64,000 nucleotides of DNA from a virus, in IMG/VR virus record IMGVR_UViG_3300045988_163070. One strand, given 5' to 3'. Below the pieces are notes generated by a model. It did no database searches, was not told the DNA's origin, and saw nothing but the letters and a program-made list of their open reading frames with translations. The translations under genes and the position numbers were made by a program. Every line of letters begins with the position of its first letter. Within the stretch, counting starts at the first letter, position 1. Below are positions 18,094 through 27,850 of this stretch, one piece after another.

Positions 18094-19809
18094 TCAGGCT
18101 TCCTCTGTATTATCGTTATCAAGATCCTTTAATCGATCATTGAGTTTCTTTTGCTTTTTCTCCAATGAAGCATTTAGTTTTTTTCCTAATGCAAAGTACT
18201 CATCAGGATATTGTTCGTGGAACAGAATATTTTGGCATTTTTGCATATACGGATAAAACATCACATCATTAGCAGAAAGACTATTTGCGATGAAAGCCCG
18301 ATACCATTGATCCCGATCAGCTTTATTATTTTTGACGTATTCGACAAAATCTGATTTTTTATCGTACCTGCTTAATTGCAAGGTTTTCAGGTAGCCATCA
18401 TCGCAACTACGCAGAACCATCACATCAAAAACTGTCTGTTCATCAATAGAAAGCTCCTTTTTACGCTGAAAGTATGGCTTTTCTTGCGCCCATTTGCGCA
18501 TTTCCTCAGCGCTTTTCTCAATGACAATTTCTTTATTCCTCTTTAACTGAGCTTTTATTTTCTCACGTTCTATTTCTTTAACATCTGCAACTGCTGTAGT
18601 TCCAGAAGCAATATCTTTTCTAACATAGTAGAAATTAACTTTAAATTCCGGATAATAATAGCCAAAGAATGAGATACATCGATAAACATCGCCATCATCA
18701 ATCATTTTCAAAATACGTTCATCATCTTCCGAATACCAGCACTGCCCTTTAAAAACTTCATCCGGATTGACCACTGTAAACCCAAGTTGTTTAACAGCGT
18801 CTAAAGTACTTTCATACTGCTTCTTTTTTTCATCACTCCAATAAGAATCAACTTTTGCAACAATTACTGTTTTTCCGAATGAAAGAGGTTCACCTACCTT
18901 TACAAGATTTTCACTTTCAAGCAGAATCTTCCGAACTACATACGCAATCCGCTTTTTATTAAAACAAGTAGCATTAATACACCGGGCGTCTTTATTGTTC
19001 ATCTCATAGAATAGACAACCATGATTACAGGTATTAGATTCACATTGAGAACATGGTTTAAATTCTCCATTTTCCCAATTATCAGCCTCCTCTTCAATCC
19101 AATCGGCTTTTTTAAGTTCCATAAAAGAATTACTCACATAATCCCGAATCATAGCGGTCGTGCATTGTTCATCTTCTTCCTCATGAAACTCTTTTTGAGT
19201 TTCTTCGTCAAGTTTTGAAAGAATCATTGCACCGGATAATGGGATATCTCCATTTCTTACACGTTCTTTCAGTTCCGGAATAAGACTATTTAGCTTTATA
19301 CGATCAAAGACAAAACGAGCAGACTTTCCAAATTTAAGGGCAATATCCTCATAACTACGCCCTCTCTCTGACAGCTGCGCAAAAGCAAAAGCTTCTTCGA
19401 TGGGATCGACATCTTTTCTTTGAAGATTCTCAGTAATCATTGCATCGAAAGCCTCGTCATCTGTCATCTCTCTGACAATGCAAGAAATTGTTTGAAACCT
19501 TTCTGACTTTTTACGATGTGCCTTGATTTTAGCAGTATTCTCTTCATCTTCCTTTGCTTTCAAGAGTGATACAGCACGGAAGCGGCGCTCACCGCAAACA
19601 ATTTCATACGAACAGGGGATTGTTGTGACATCTCCTGTTTCCAAGTCAGTAAAGTCCTCGGATTTAGCTACCCTAACGGTTATAGGCTGCAATAAGCCTT
19701 GTTTCTCAATGTTATTTGCAAGCTCTTTCAGAGCTGCTTCATCAAAAGTCTTTCTCGGATTCAAAGGAGAAGGACTGATAAGGTCAATTCTAATGTTTTG
19801 TACTTCCAT
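18094..19809 (-). CDS. large ParB N-terminal-domain protein
   Basis: LISPSPLNPRKTFDEAALKELANNIEKQGLLQPITVR...YEIVCGERRFRA is a canonical ParB box, followed by a 450-aa C-terminal extension. Confidence 0.75.
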   Translation of the reverse strand: MEVQNIRIDLISPSPLNPRKTFDEAALKELANNIEKQGLLQPITVRVAKSEDFTDLETGDVTTIPCSYEIVCGERRFRAVSLLKAKEDEENTAKIKAHRKKSERFQTISCIVREMTDDEAFDAMITENLQRKDVDPIEEAFAFAQLSERGRSYEDIALKFGKSARFVFDRIKLNSLIPELKERVRNGDIPLSGAMILSKLDEETQKEFHEEEDEQCTTAMIRDYVSNSFMELKKADWIEEEADNWENGEFKPCSQCESNTCNHGCLFYEMNNKDARCINATCFNKKRIAYVVRKILLESENLVKVGEPLSFGKTVIVAKVDSYWSDEKKKQYESTLDAVKQLGFTVVNPDEVFKGQCWYSEDDERILKMIDDGDVYRCISFFGYYYPEFKVNFYYVRKDIASGTTAVADVKEIEREKIKAQLKRNKEIVIEKSAEEMRKWAQEKPYFQRKKELSIDEQTVFDVMVLRSCDDGYLKTLQLSRYDKKSDFVEYVKNNKADRDQWYRAFIANSLSANDVMFYPYMQKCQNILFHEQYPDEYFALGKKLNASLEKKQKKLNDRLKDLDNDNTEEA

Positions 19810-19820
19810 AATTTAATTAT

Positions 19821-19911
19821 ATTGGTTTGGCTTTTAGTTTATTACATCAGTAAAGTTATCGTAAAATGACAAGTTATGCAAACAGAGACTTCGCCATTTT
19901 AACGCCATTTT
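19821..19911 (-). promoter_or_regulatory. conserved promoter cassette, copy B
   Basis: -33 TTTG (plus caaa 19879-19882), 20-nt spacer, -7 TAACTTTA (19851-19858). Upstream direct repeat cgccattttaacgccatttt (19892-19911). Roughly 90 percent identical to copy C by eye. Confidence 0.6.
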
Positions 19912-20099
19912 CATTCGGGCTTATTCCGTATTTGGATGAAGCCACGTCTTTCCGTTTCTCGAAGAAGTTCTAAATCTTCTTCCCGTATTTCAGCAGGAGT
20001 TTCACCGTTCACACTTCGATAAGTTCCAATACCGAAACGATCTCTGATACGAGCAACCTTATCCGGGTCTTTAGTAACCCAGTAAATTGTGACTTTCAT
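19911..20099 (-). CDS. hypothetical small protein
   Basis: 62-aa ORF between the loader gene and promoter copy B. Confidence 0.4.
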   Translation of the reverse strand: MKVTIYWVTKDPDKVARIRDRFGIGTYRSVNGETPAEIREEDLELLRETERRGFIQIRNKPE

Positions 20100-20104
20100 A
20101 GCAA

Positions 20105-20893
20105 CTATATTCTACGGCTCTCGCCACATAAAGGGAGAACATTAAACGTCTTGAAACGATCTACTAATCTTGGTCCGAAACGTTTCTTAAATTCGTCTAT
20201 ACCAAGATTCGAAGTTATATGATACTTCTTACCGTATTGTTGAAAAATCTCATACCGGGCATAAAGAAATTCATCAATAACAGAATCAAGACTGGTACCA
20301 TACGATTTTTGATTCTCCGTTTCCAGGCCGATATCGTTCAAGCAGATGTTAAAGGGATTTGGTTTAAATCCTTTGGATTGATTTTCATTGTAAGTGTACA
20401 AGTCAATATGCCCATGAATTTTATAATAGTTCATCATTTGAGTAACAGACAAATTTTCAAAAGCATTCGGATTACAAGTGAGCTTCAGATAATCGGAAAA
20501 AATCTGCATTAACATTGTTTTCCCGGTACCAGGTTCACCAATAAGCAAAAGATTCTTATGAACCTTATAATCCTCTTCAGGAAACACATTTTGAGCATAC
20601 CGGCATCCATTGAAATAATACAGAAGAAACTGAATTAGTGTAGAGTTGTTGTCATCAACATCAAACTTTCTAAACTCACGTTCTGTATAATCCGCGCCAA
20701 GGTTAGAAATTAAACTCCAATGGCTGTAATACTCTTGTGTGTCGGTCAAGTCATACTCAGAAACGTCCAGAATACTTGCCTTGTGCCTTTGTATCAGATT
20801 CTCTATTTGTCGAATTGTCAGCTTGCGCTTGCCGGCTTCCTTCTCCATCAAACTTTGAAGTTGGTTTGATAGATCCTTTTCCTCTTCCGTCAT
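20105..20893 (-). CDS. DnaC/IstB-like AAA+ ATPase (putative helicase loader)
   Basis: Walker A LLLIGEPGTGKTMLMQIF. Follows a replication-initiator-like gene. Confidence 0.7.
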   Translation of the reverse strand: MTEEEKDLSNQLQSLMEKEAGKRKLTIRQIENLIQRHKASILDVSEYDLTDTQEYYSHWSLISNLGADYTEREFRKFDVDDNNSTLIQFLLYYFNGCRYAQNVFPEEDYKVHKNLLLIGEPGTGKTMLMQIFSDYLKLTCNPNAFENLSVTQMMNYYKIHGHIDLYTYNENQSKGFKPNPFNICLNDIGLETENQKSYGTSLDSVIDEFLYARYEIFQQYGKKYHITSNLGIDEFKKRFGPRLVDRFKTFNVLPLCGESRRI

Positions 20894-21623
20894 GGTCTAC
20901 TAATTCATTTTTACGCTCTTCACGTACATGATCCAATATCCAAAGGTTAGCCTTGGATTCCCAACGCTCAATTTTCACCCCATTAGCATTTTTCCACCCT
21001 ATCGAATCAAAATGATTGAAAAATATCTCTGCATGTTCGTGCCAATCAGATAACCGTTCAGGTGCATTTTGACTGATAAAGTATTGAATAACGTCATCAA
21101 GCGTAGGATTTATTAATTCTTTCGCAATCCTTTTAGGTTTCTCAAGTTTAGGAACCGGAAAAAGCTCGCCAGAGTTGCTTTCTTTCTTACCCCCTTTAGG
21201 GGGTTCTTTCTTTGTCTTAGTCTCTGTCTTATATTCTTCTTTAGGGGGTATGGGGGATCTTTCTTGTAAAGGTGTCCCTAAAGGGTGACCTAAAGGTATC
21301 CCTAAAGGTTGCCGTAAAGGTGGTATATTTTGCATACCTTTTTGTACACCTTTTATCGAATACGTTGATTTATTGCCTCTTCCATTGCCTTGTTTACATT
21401 CAATAAGACCTGCTTGAACTAATCTATTTCTGGCAGACTTGAATACTTTCACTGACACTCCCACGTCAGATGACACCTTTGTATCACTACGTGTCCAGTT
21501 ATCCTCCCAGCCTAAACGATTCGCAATTTTTAGCAAGTAAAAATAAAGCCTCGTTTCACAGCAGGAAAATTGCCAACCTTCATCAAGTTCCCAAAATCTA
21601 TTGATAAGTTCAATATAGGTCAT
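20757..21623 (-). CDS. replication-initiator-like wHTH protein
   Basis: N-terminus FWELDEGWQFSCCETRLYFYLLKIANRLGW...VSVKVFKSARNRLVQAGLIE resembles phage replication/DnaD-like wHTH domains. The low-complexity C-terminal tail overlaps the next gene by 137 nt. Confidence 0.5.
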   Translation of the reverse strand: MTYIELINRFWELDEGWQFSCCETRLYFYLLKIANRLGWEDNWTRSDTKVSSDVGVSVKVFKSARNRLVQAGLIECKQGNGRGNKSTYSIKGVQKGMQNIPPLRQPLGIPLGHPLGTPLQERSPIPPKEEYKTETKTKKEPPKGGKKESNSGELFPVPKLEKPKRIAKELINPTLDDVIQYFISQNAPERLSDWHEHAEIFFNHFDSIGWKNANGVKIERWESKANLWILDHVREERKNELVDHDGRGKGSIKPTSKFDGEGSRQAQADNSTNRESDTKAQGKYSGRF

Positions 21624-22102
21624 ATCAATTTATAATAATTCCGTAAGACATCATTTATGTAAGGCTGAGGATCGGCCCTCAAATAATTGCAGACACTATT
21701 TATGAACTCAATCAATCCATGACAAACGGCATATTCACTACCATATTTTTCAACTAACCCTTGCCACTCCTTCTGTGCTGATGATTGTATCCCGCCGCCC
21801 TTTCCTTTTATGCGAGGCGTTTTCATCTCAATACAGAGACTACATTTACCACCTCGAGGGAAAAGAAGAATTAAATCGGCAACTCCGGCAATTGCGCCTT
21901 CATACTTCCGCATAAAACCACTTTTCTTAGTTCGCGTACCACCATTGGGTATAGCAAACAATAATCCGGCAACATTGGGAAATGTGTTCCTAAACCATTC
22001 AACGCATATATGCTGAATCTTAGTTTCAGAATACTTAGCTTCCAGTTTCTTAATATCTTCTTCAGTCATTTTTCTTGTTTTTTGAGATCGTATGACATTC
22101 AT
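21620..22102 (-). CDS. VRR-NUC domain nuclease
   Basis: GVADLILLFPRGGKCSLCIEMKTP...SSAQKEWQ fits the VRR-NUC D...ExK...Q pattern. Adjacent to the SNF2 helicase, as is common in phages. Confidence 0.7.
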   Translation of the reverse strand: MNVIRSQKTRKMTEEDIKKLEAKYSETKIQHICVEWFRNTFPNVAGLLFAIPNGGTRTKKSGFMRKYEGAIAGVADLILLFPRGGKCSLCIEMKTPRIKGKGGGIQSSAQKEWQGLVEKYGSEYAVCHGLIEFINSVCNYLRADPQPYINDVLRNYYKLI

Positions 22103-22247
22103 TGAGAAGATCTACAATCTGTTTACACCTGTTCCGGCAACCGATAAAGGATATGATTGTAACCCATTCCGGCCCGAACAGCATTTCTTTTTTATATTCC
22201 TGAATATGAGTGTTACCTCCGTTCACTATTAATCGGAATGGTTTCAT
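22062..22247 (-). CDS. hypothetical small protein
   Basis: 61-aa ORF bridging the SNF2 and VRR-NUC genes and overlapping both. Confidence 0.3.
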   Translation of the reverse strand: MKPFRLIVNGGNTHIQEYKKEMLFGPEWVTIISFIGCRNRCKQIVDLLNECHTISKNKKND

Positions 22248-23980
22248 AATTTATCCCTGAATAAGTCCATTGCAAGATTTACCATATTCTCCTCGACCTG
22301 ATCATCGGTGCCAGTCACGCCATTTGCTATATTCTTTTTAGTTTGAATGACATCATACATATACTTGTCAATGGTATCTTTACCTAAGAAATAATAACAA
22401 TTCACATTGTTCTTTTGCCCATTTCGGTGTGCCCGGTCCTCTGCCTGTTCGCAATCACTGAAAGTCCAGGGAAATTCAATAAAAGCAACCCGGCTTGAAG
22501 CTGTAAGAGTTAGTCCGGTACCACCCGATTTATAATTCAAGATGATTAATTTACAATCCGGATTATTTTGGAAGGAGTCTACAGCAAATTGCTTCTGACT
22601 GATATTGTCAGAGCCAGTAACGGTAACAGCATTCGGAAACTCCTTCTTCAGCTCTGCAATAACCTCTTTCAGATAGCCAAATACGATAAGCTTCTCACCA
22701 CCATCTATAACATCATGAATGAATTCAGATACAGCCTTAATTTTCCCACGTGCAGATATTTGTTTGAGAAGCCCCATCTTCACCATCACGGCACCATTCA
22801 TAAACCGTTGTACCTGTGCATCAGATGCGTTCTTGTATTGTTTAAGATACTTCACTATATCGGACTCTGCAGATTGATATTCCTTCATGTTCGTAATATC
22901 AATCTGCAAGTACTGACGTGTTTTGTCCGGAAGCTGAGTGAGTACTTTAGATTTTTCACGCCTGAAGAAGCAACAGTTCCAAAGTCTCCAGTTCAGTTCT
23001 TTTACATTAGATGCTTGCTTTGGGCCATCACAGTATCTCTCAACGAAACGACTATACCCTCCGAAATCCTCCAAACGCCCAAGTATTTTGAGCTGTTGTA
23101 TAAGGTCTGTATTATTGTTCACAACAGGAGTACCGGTAAGTGCAAGTAGAAATCTTTTCCCTTTGCAAATACCCTCTACAAATTTCCCTTGCTGGGTTTT
23201 GCCGGATTTGCATTTATGGGATTCATCAATTATGACAGACTTGAACAGATTAACACGTTCATCGAACAGAATACCCTTCATCGTCAATTTACCACCTTCA
23301 CTCACACGCTTTACAAAGAACTTCTTAAGTGATTCGTAATTAGTAATAAACACCTCACACAAAGGGCTTCCATCAGCCTTCTTGCAATCATAAAAAGAAT
23401 GCCAGGTCTGCCGGTTACTGTCATCAAGTATAATAGCACTAAGCCCGGCAAATTTCTTGAATTCACGCTGCCAATTCACTTTCAGAGCAGCCGGGCAAAC
23501 AACTAACGTAGGAAATGATTCACCATAGATTACAGCTTCCCGGTGCGCTTTGACAACAGTGCAAATTGCCTGTAATGTCTTGCCTAATCCCGGTTGATCA
23601 CCGAGTATACACCGTTTTTTTTCTACGGCGTACTGTACGCCCTCCAACTGATATTGATATGGTTGCAGCAACATGTAATGTTCTCCCACAAAAGGCTTCA
23701 TGTCCGGTAAATCATAATTTATGTCTTCCGTGACCTCCCTCTGCTTAACAACAGAGCAGAATTGCATGTGTACGGCCCACTGGGCAAATCTTCCCACATA
23801 CCAGGCGGCATCTTTCCCGAATGGATAACGTGAATCATTAATACTAACAAGCCACGCCCGGTCAGTACCGTCGTAGCGTGGCTTGCTTGGTATCGTTTTT
23901 ATGACCTCAACCAATTTAGGATGATACTCGAACTGAATCCGGTATAGATTAGGGGTTTTAGTCACATAGATAGGTTTCAT
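22244..23980 (-). CDS. SNF2-family helicase
   Basis: Motif I DQPGLGKTLQAI, motif II IIDESHKCKS, and C-terminal SGGTGLTLTASSRVAFIEFPWTFSDCEQAEDRAHRNGQ. Confidence 0.85.
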   Translation of the reverse strand: MKPIYVTKTPNLYRIQFEYHPKLVEVIKTIPSKPRYDGTDRAWLVSINDSRYPFGKDAAWYVGRFAQWAVHMQFCSVVKQREVTEDINYDLPDMKPFVGEHYMLLQPYQYQLEGVQYAVEKKRCILGDQPGLGKTLQAICTVVKAHREAVIYGESFPTLVVCPAALKVNWQREFKKFAGLSAIILDDSNRQTWHSFYDCKKADGSPLCEVFITNYESLKKFFVKRVSEGGKLTMKGILFDERVNLFKSVIIDESHKCKSGKTQQGKFVEGICKGKRFLLALTGTPVVNNNTDLIQQLKILGRLEDFGGYSRFVERYCDGPKQASNVKELNWRLWNCCFFRREKSKVLTQLPDKTRQYLQIDITNMKEYQSAESDIVKYLKQYKNASDAQVQRFMNGAVMVKMGLLKQISARGKIKAVSEFIHDVIDGGEKLIVFGYLKEVIAELKKEFPNAVTVTGSDNISQKQFAVDSFQNNPDCKLIILNYKSGGTGLTLTASSRVAFIEFPWTFSDCEQAEDRAHRNGQKNNVNCYYFLGKDTIDKYMYDVIQTKKNIANGVTGTDDQVEENMVNLAMDLFRDKL

Positions 23981-24573
23981 GAAGCAGGTTCTAATACAAA
24001 TTCTTCGTGTTCAACAGTAGAGTATTCACCTTCTCCATCCTCTTCTTCGTCCGTTCCATCTGTTTTATCAAAAGGATCCTCACCTTCCTTAAACTCAAAC
24101 TCTCTCTGTATCTCAGAGCATTTGTTTTCAGTAACATACAACTCGGCTTCATAGAGGAATTTATGTACAGCATCCCGGAAATCCTCACAGTGTACATATT
24201 GCTCGTTGTCCGGGTCAAATCCAATACCAGGAGAACAAATATTGAGTACTTTATTCGTCATCAACGTTCTCTTTGCAGTCAGCACGCATACTTCAAAAGA
24301 AGAATCACCGCCAATACTGACACCGGTAACATCAAACTTTTTAAAAAACTCATCTTCAAGACAGGATGCAGGACGTTCCCAGTTTATATAACCGGATTCT
24401 TTTTGTTCCGTAATCTCAACCATAAATGGTATAAGATTCTGAAGCGCATTTTTTAAATCAACATGAACAGGGTTTATGCCTCTAAATACAATGTCATTGC
24501 CTTCCAAATCGGCATAAGAGACCTCTAAACAACCCTTCTTGGTCATTTTAGCTTTTGAAATCCTTAAACTCAT
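23977..24573 (-). CDS. hypothetical protein with acidic C-terminus
   Basis: 198-aa ORF with a DGTDEEEDGEGEY tail; no motif recognised. Confidence 0.5.
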   Translation of the reverse strand: MSLRISKAKMTKKGCLEVSYADLEGNDIVFRGINPVHVDLKNALQNLIPFMVEITEQKESGYINWERPASCLEDEFFKKFDVTGVSIGGDSSFEVCVLTAKRTLMTNKVLNICSPGIGFDPDNEQYVHCEDFRDAVHKFLYEAELYVTENKCSEIQREFEFKEGEDPFDKTDGTDEEEDGEGEYSTVEHEEFVLEPAS

Positions 24574-24598
24574 TATTCAATAAATTAAATAGTTATAC

Positions 24599-25018
24599 TT
24601 ACCTATGTTGATACTCACTGATAAACTCGTGATAATATTTATCAGCAGGTAATGGTAGGTTTATTCCGAATTCAGCAGCAGCATCAGCCTGAACCTTATC
24701 CATGAAATTTTTCATCTGGATCGTATTAAGTTTCGATGTACTGCCTACGACAGATATGGCATGGCCACTCACACAGATTTGGCGGGTAAGGAACTTCCTG
24801 CAGTAGAAATCATGTATATCTAACTTGTCTGTACCGGTTTCCTTCTCGATGCAAGAAAACCACAACCACATCAATGCATTTTGTGACAGTGTCCTCGGCT
24901 CAACTTTTCTCTTTATACTAATAGTATAAATACCATTTTTAAGCGTAGAACAGAGATAGTCAAACGATTTATCCATAGTGACTACCCCGTCTCTTTTTGT
25001 TAGAATAGCATCTGCCAT
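24599..25018 (-). CDS. NinB/Orf-like recombination mediator (tentative)
   Basis: RTLSQNALMWLWFSCIEKETG resembles the lambda NinB RSLDQNRKLWACLGDV segment. Sits beside SSB. Confidence 0.45.
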   Translation of the reverse strand: MADAILTKRDGVVTMDKSFDYLCSTLKNGIYTISIKRKVEPRTLSQNALMWLWFSCIEKETGTDKLDIHDFYCRKFLTRQICVSGHAISVVGSTSKLNTIQMKNFMDKVQADAAAEFGINLPLPADKYYHEFISEYQHR

Positions 25019-25021
25019 AAT

Positions 25022-25495
25022 TTAAAAAGGAAGATCAGGTAAAGGTACTGAATCTTGCTGATACGAAGAAGACTGGTATGTAGGCTTTGGAGCAGGAGAC
25101 TGGTAACTCGATGTGGGCTGTTGCACAGGAGCGGGAATCGGAGCAGGAGCAGCCGGCTGTTGAAGCTTTGGAGTGAGCATTTCCATATAATCGACAAAAA
25201 CCTCTGCAATATAATACTTTACTCCATTTTTATCATAACTACGTGTTCGCAATTTCCCTTCCAGGTATAACTTGTCTCCTTTATGTATATACCTTTCCGC
25301 AAGCTCAGCGGTTTTATTCCACATTATTACATTATGCCATTCGGTACGCTCAGGAACCTGAGTTCCGTTTGCAAGTGTATAGCCTTTATCAGTAGTGGCA
25401 AAAGTAAACGAGGCAACTTTAGCCCCCCCGTCTAACGCTCTTACATCGGGATCTTTGCCAACTCGCCCGATTAACATGATTTTATTCAAACTCAT
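25022..25495 (-). CDS. ssb: single-stranded DNA-binding protein
   Basis: OB-fold N-terminus MSLNKIMLIGRVGKDPDVR...TEWHNVIMW, a P/Q-rich linker, and a C-terminal DLPF tip. Confidence 0.9.
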   Translation of the reverse strand: MSLNKIMLIGRVGKDPDVRALDGGAKVASFTFATTDKGYTLANGTQVPERTEWHNVIMWNKTAELAERYIHKGDKLYLEGKLRTRSYDKNGVKYYIAEVFVDYMEMLTPKLQQPAAPAPIPAPVQQPTSSYQSPAPKPTYQSSSYQQDSVPLPDLPF

Positions 25496-26400
25496 TTGTC
25501 TTCCTCCCTTATGGTTACGCGAATACTATCCGCCTTGGTTGTGGACTTTACATATTTAGAATAAAGTTCCGGATGCTCCTCTTGAAATTTCTTTGAATCG
25601 AAACTCTTACTCTGTGAAGATGGAGTGTAACTAACACGCAATCTTCCGGCATCCCAAGATTTGACGCCATTCTCTCTCATAGCCGTTTTCAACTTCTCCT
25701 TATACCCTTTCTGAATTTCGGATAGACTGGAAAGCTCTTCCTCAATTCCGACTATGGTATTTACAAGCTGCATTGGGATCAGTAATTTATCATCAGCAGG
25801 AACAAGAGCATTAGATTGGTATTGTTCACCTTTTATTTCGCACTCAAGTAACTTCTTGACTTCAGAATCGGGTTTACGCTCAATCTCAACCAACTCGGAT
25901 TTATCACCTCGCAGCCAAATACCAAACAGCTTATCAACTTTTATTAGCGGATTCTGAAGTTCAAATAAATAAGCATAGATTGACAACTGCCAGCTCAGGT
26001 ATTCTAAATCCAAATTAGCAGTAGTTTTGATATCTCCAAGAGAAATTCGTTCATCCTTTTCCCATACACAATCTATATTCGATGCAAAATGCTCATTGTC
26101 TGAAACAGTGTACTCGTTGGCAAATGCTTTATAACCGGCATTCGTTCGCTCTTTCAAATAGTTTTCAGCCTCAATACTCTCAGGTGTGAATCCTGTAGAA
26201 TCGACAAACTGGCATTGTGCATGAATACGACTACCTTTTTCGGCAGCCCTCTTCAATATAAACTCAGGAATATCTTTATATTTATTCGGGAACAGCTGCC
26301 GGCTTATCATTCCTGTTATTCCCTGCAACAGTTTGTCACCTAAAAGGTACGTGTGGTTCTCTTCATTAAAAACCACAGCAGATTTAACTAATTCTATCAT
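25492..26400 (-). CDS. PD-(D/E)XK exonuclease (recombination exonuclease partner)
   Basis: NIDCVWEKDERISLGDIKTT fits D...(D/E)xK. Adjacent to a Rad52-like annealase. Confidence 0.6.
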   Translation of the reverse strand: MIELVKSAVVFNEENHTYLLGDKLLQGITGMISRQLFPNKYKDIPEFILKRAAEKGSRIHAQCQFVDSTGFTPESIEAENYLKERTNAGYKAFANEYTVSDNEHFASNIDCVWEKDERISLGDIKTTANLDLEYLSWQLSIYAYLFELQNPLIKVDKLFGIWLRGDKSELVEIERKPDSEVKKLLECEIKGEQYQSNALVPADDKLLIPMQLVNTIVGIEEELSSLSEIQKGYKEKLKTAMRENGVKSWDAGRLRVSYTPSSQSKSFDSKKFQEEHPELYSKYVKSTTKADSIRVTIREEDK

Positions 26401-26406
26401 TGCTTC

Positions 26407-27198
26407 TCATTGTTTGGGTGGGTAAGATCTTCCCATCTCCATTGTTATATTTCTAAACTCGTTATTATTTTGCATGGCCGGGTGTTTAGCCCAAACTCTT
26501 TCAAGTTCTTCCCTGCTTTTTACAGAGGTCATTTCATAAATTGCCCTATCCAGGTCAGCACCAGTGAAAACAGTACCCGAACCTTTGGTTTCAGTTTTTG
26601 TATTGGGTCTCTCATCTACTTTTTCTTTCGTCTGACCGAAAGTATAACGCACACGTCCTTTGTCATCTGAAATAGCAATACCGGTTATTTCTTTTTGCTG
26701 ATTGTAAACAATCTCCTTTACTTTAAGCTTAGTATATAAACCATAAGAGCCCGATTTACTTGAATATATCTCGCTTTTGTCCAGTTTAATCCAAATGAAA
26801 GGCCCAGTATAAAGTTCCCGACCTATACCCCAATTGAACCCCGCACGCTTAAAAGCGTCTGAAGCCTGACCTTTCTCTTTTTCCGTATTGGACTCAGTAC
26901 CTACATCCTGCTTTGAGACCCACTCTTTTTTATCATTATCCCAAATGGATAGCGTACAGAACAAATTGCCATTTACGACATCGTGGGTACGTTTCCAATT
27001 CATAGGACCGAATACCTCATCAAGCAATCGCATGTCCACCCTCGCATCTTTGTAAAGCAACAGAGAGCAACCGGAGCCATCACTCTTCATACTTCCAACT
27101 CTGCATTCAATCTCAGATGCCAAAAGAGGTCTAATAGAATTGAGTTTGTTTTCTACAGATTGCTGAACTACTGGTTCAACTTTTTTACTTGCAGCCAT
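26407..27198 (-). CDS. Rad52/Sak-like single-strand annealing protein
   Basis: QASDAFKRAGFNWGIGRELY is the Rad52/22-family signature. Confidence 0.7.
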   Translation of the reverse strand: MAASKKVEPVVQQSVENKLNSIRPLLASEIECRVGSMKSDGSGCSLLLYKDARVDMRLLDEVFGPMNWKRTHDVVNGNLFCTLSIWDNDKKEWVSKQDVGTESNTEKEKGQASDAFKRAGFNWGIGRELYTGPFIWIKLDKSEIYSSKSGSYGLYTKLKVKEIVYNQQKEITGIAISDDKGRVRYTFGQTKEKVDERPNTKTETKGSGTVFTGADLDRAIYEMTSVKSREELERVWAKHPAMQNNNEFRNITMEMGRSYPPKQ

Positions 27199-27210
27199 AA
27201 TTCTTTTTGT

Positions 27211-27303
27211 TATTGGTTTGACTTTTAGTTTATTACATCAGTAAAGTTATCGTTAAATGACGAAGTTAGCAAACGGAAACTTCGCCATTTTAGCGCCATT
27301 TTT
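27211..27303 (-). promoter_or_regulatory. conserved promoter cassette, copy C
   Basis: -33 TTTG (plus caaa 27270-27273), 20-nt spacer, -7 TAACTTTA (27242-27249). Upstream direct repeat cgccattttagcgccattttt (27283-27303). Confidence 0.6.
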
Positions 27304-27751
27304 ATAATGGGTAATATGGAGTTCTTGGTTCTCTCCCATTACTCAAGTCAAGTGTGCGATAGTCGTTCAGAAGCTGCTTACTGAAATTAATTACACGTAA
27401 GCATGTGATTTCTGAAAACATCCCAATATGGGTATAATCAGAAGGTAGATCAAGCATTCTTGAAAGCCATGCGTAAGCTTCAGTTTTTTTCATGTAACCA
27501 AGCTCCCAAATCTTATCGAAATACTCGTGAGCTTGATGCTTCATTTTACGAAGTGGCCTTCGTGCAACTCTTCCTAATGCTCTATTAGTACCCTTGTGAA
27601 CTCCTACATATGCATCACATCCAGAACACAAATAGATCATTCCGTATGACCTTCGATAAACAACAGAACTATCGACAAACTCTGTTGGATTACCGCAATA
27701 TGGACATATCTTCCCAGCGATAATTAGTTTTTGTCTTTCGGTTAATTCCAT
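27302..27751 (-). CDS. zinc-ribbon protein (DUF3268-like)
   Basis: CPYCGNPTEF...YLCSGCDAYVGVHKGTNRALGRVA...LRKMKHQAHEYFDKIW. Confidence 0.5.
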   Translation of the reverse strand: MELTERQKLIIAGKICPYCGNPTEFVDSSVVYRRSYGMIYLCSGCDAYVGVHKGTNRALGRVARRPLRKMKHQAHEYFDKIWELGYMKKTEAYAWLSRMLDLPSDYTHIGMFSEITCLRVINFSKQLLNDYRTLDLSNGREPRTPYYPL

Positions 27752-27767
27752 AATAATACATTAATTG

Positions 27768-27850
27768 TGGACGGTAGAGGAATCGAACCCCTCCCACTCG
27801 TTTTGAATTGGTTGCGCAACACGAAGCTCTAACCGATAAGCTAACCGTCC
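27768..27850 (-). tRNA. tRNA-like gene with normal acceptor, D and T arms but a 10-12 nt insertion in the anticodon arm
   Basis: RNA GGACGGT-TA-GCTT..GAGC...AGGGG-TTCGATT-CCTCT-ACCGTCC-A. Between the stem halves TTCGT/ACGAG lie 19 nt (GTTGCGCAAC CA ATTCAAA). The last 7 nt would form a loop with U33 and anticodon UCA. Confidence 0.5.

Noticed and set aside
22568-23339. Plus-strand ORFs of 193 aa and 133 aa
   Set aside because: They are antisense to the SNF2 helicase gene, which has unambiguous helicase motifs. They are shadow ORFs.
24007-24456. 149-aa plus-strand ORF
   Set aside because: It is antisense to the 198-aa minus-strand gene, which fits the operon spacing. It is rich in F/I/L/K, as expected for a shadow frame in AT-rich DNA.
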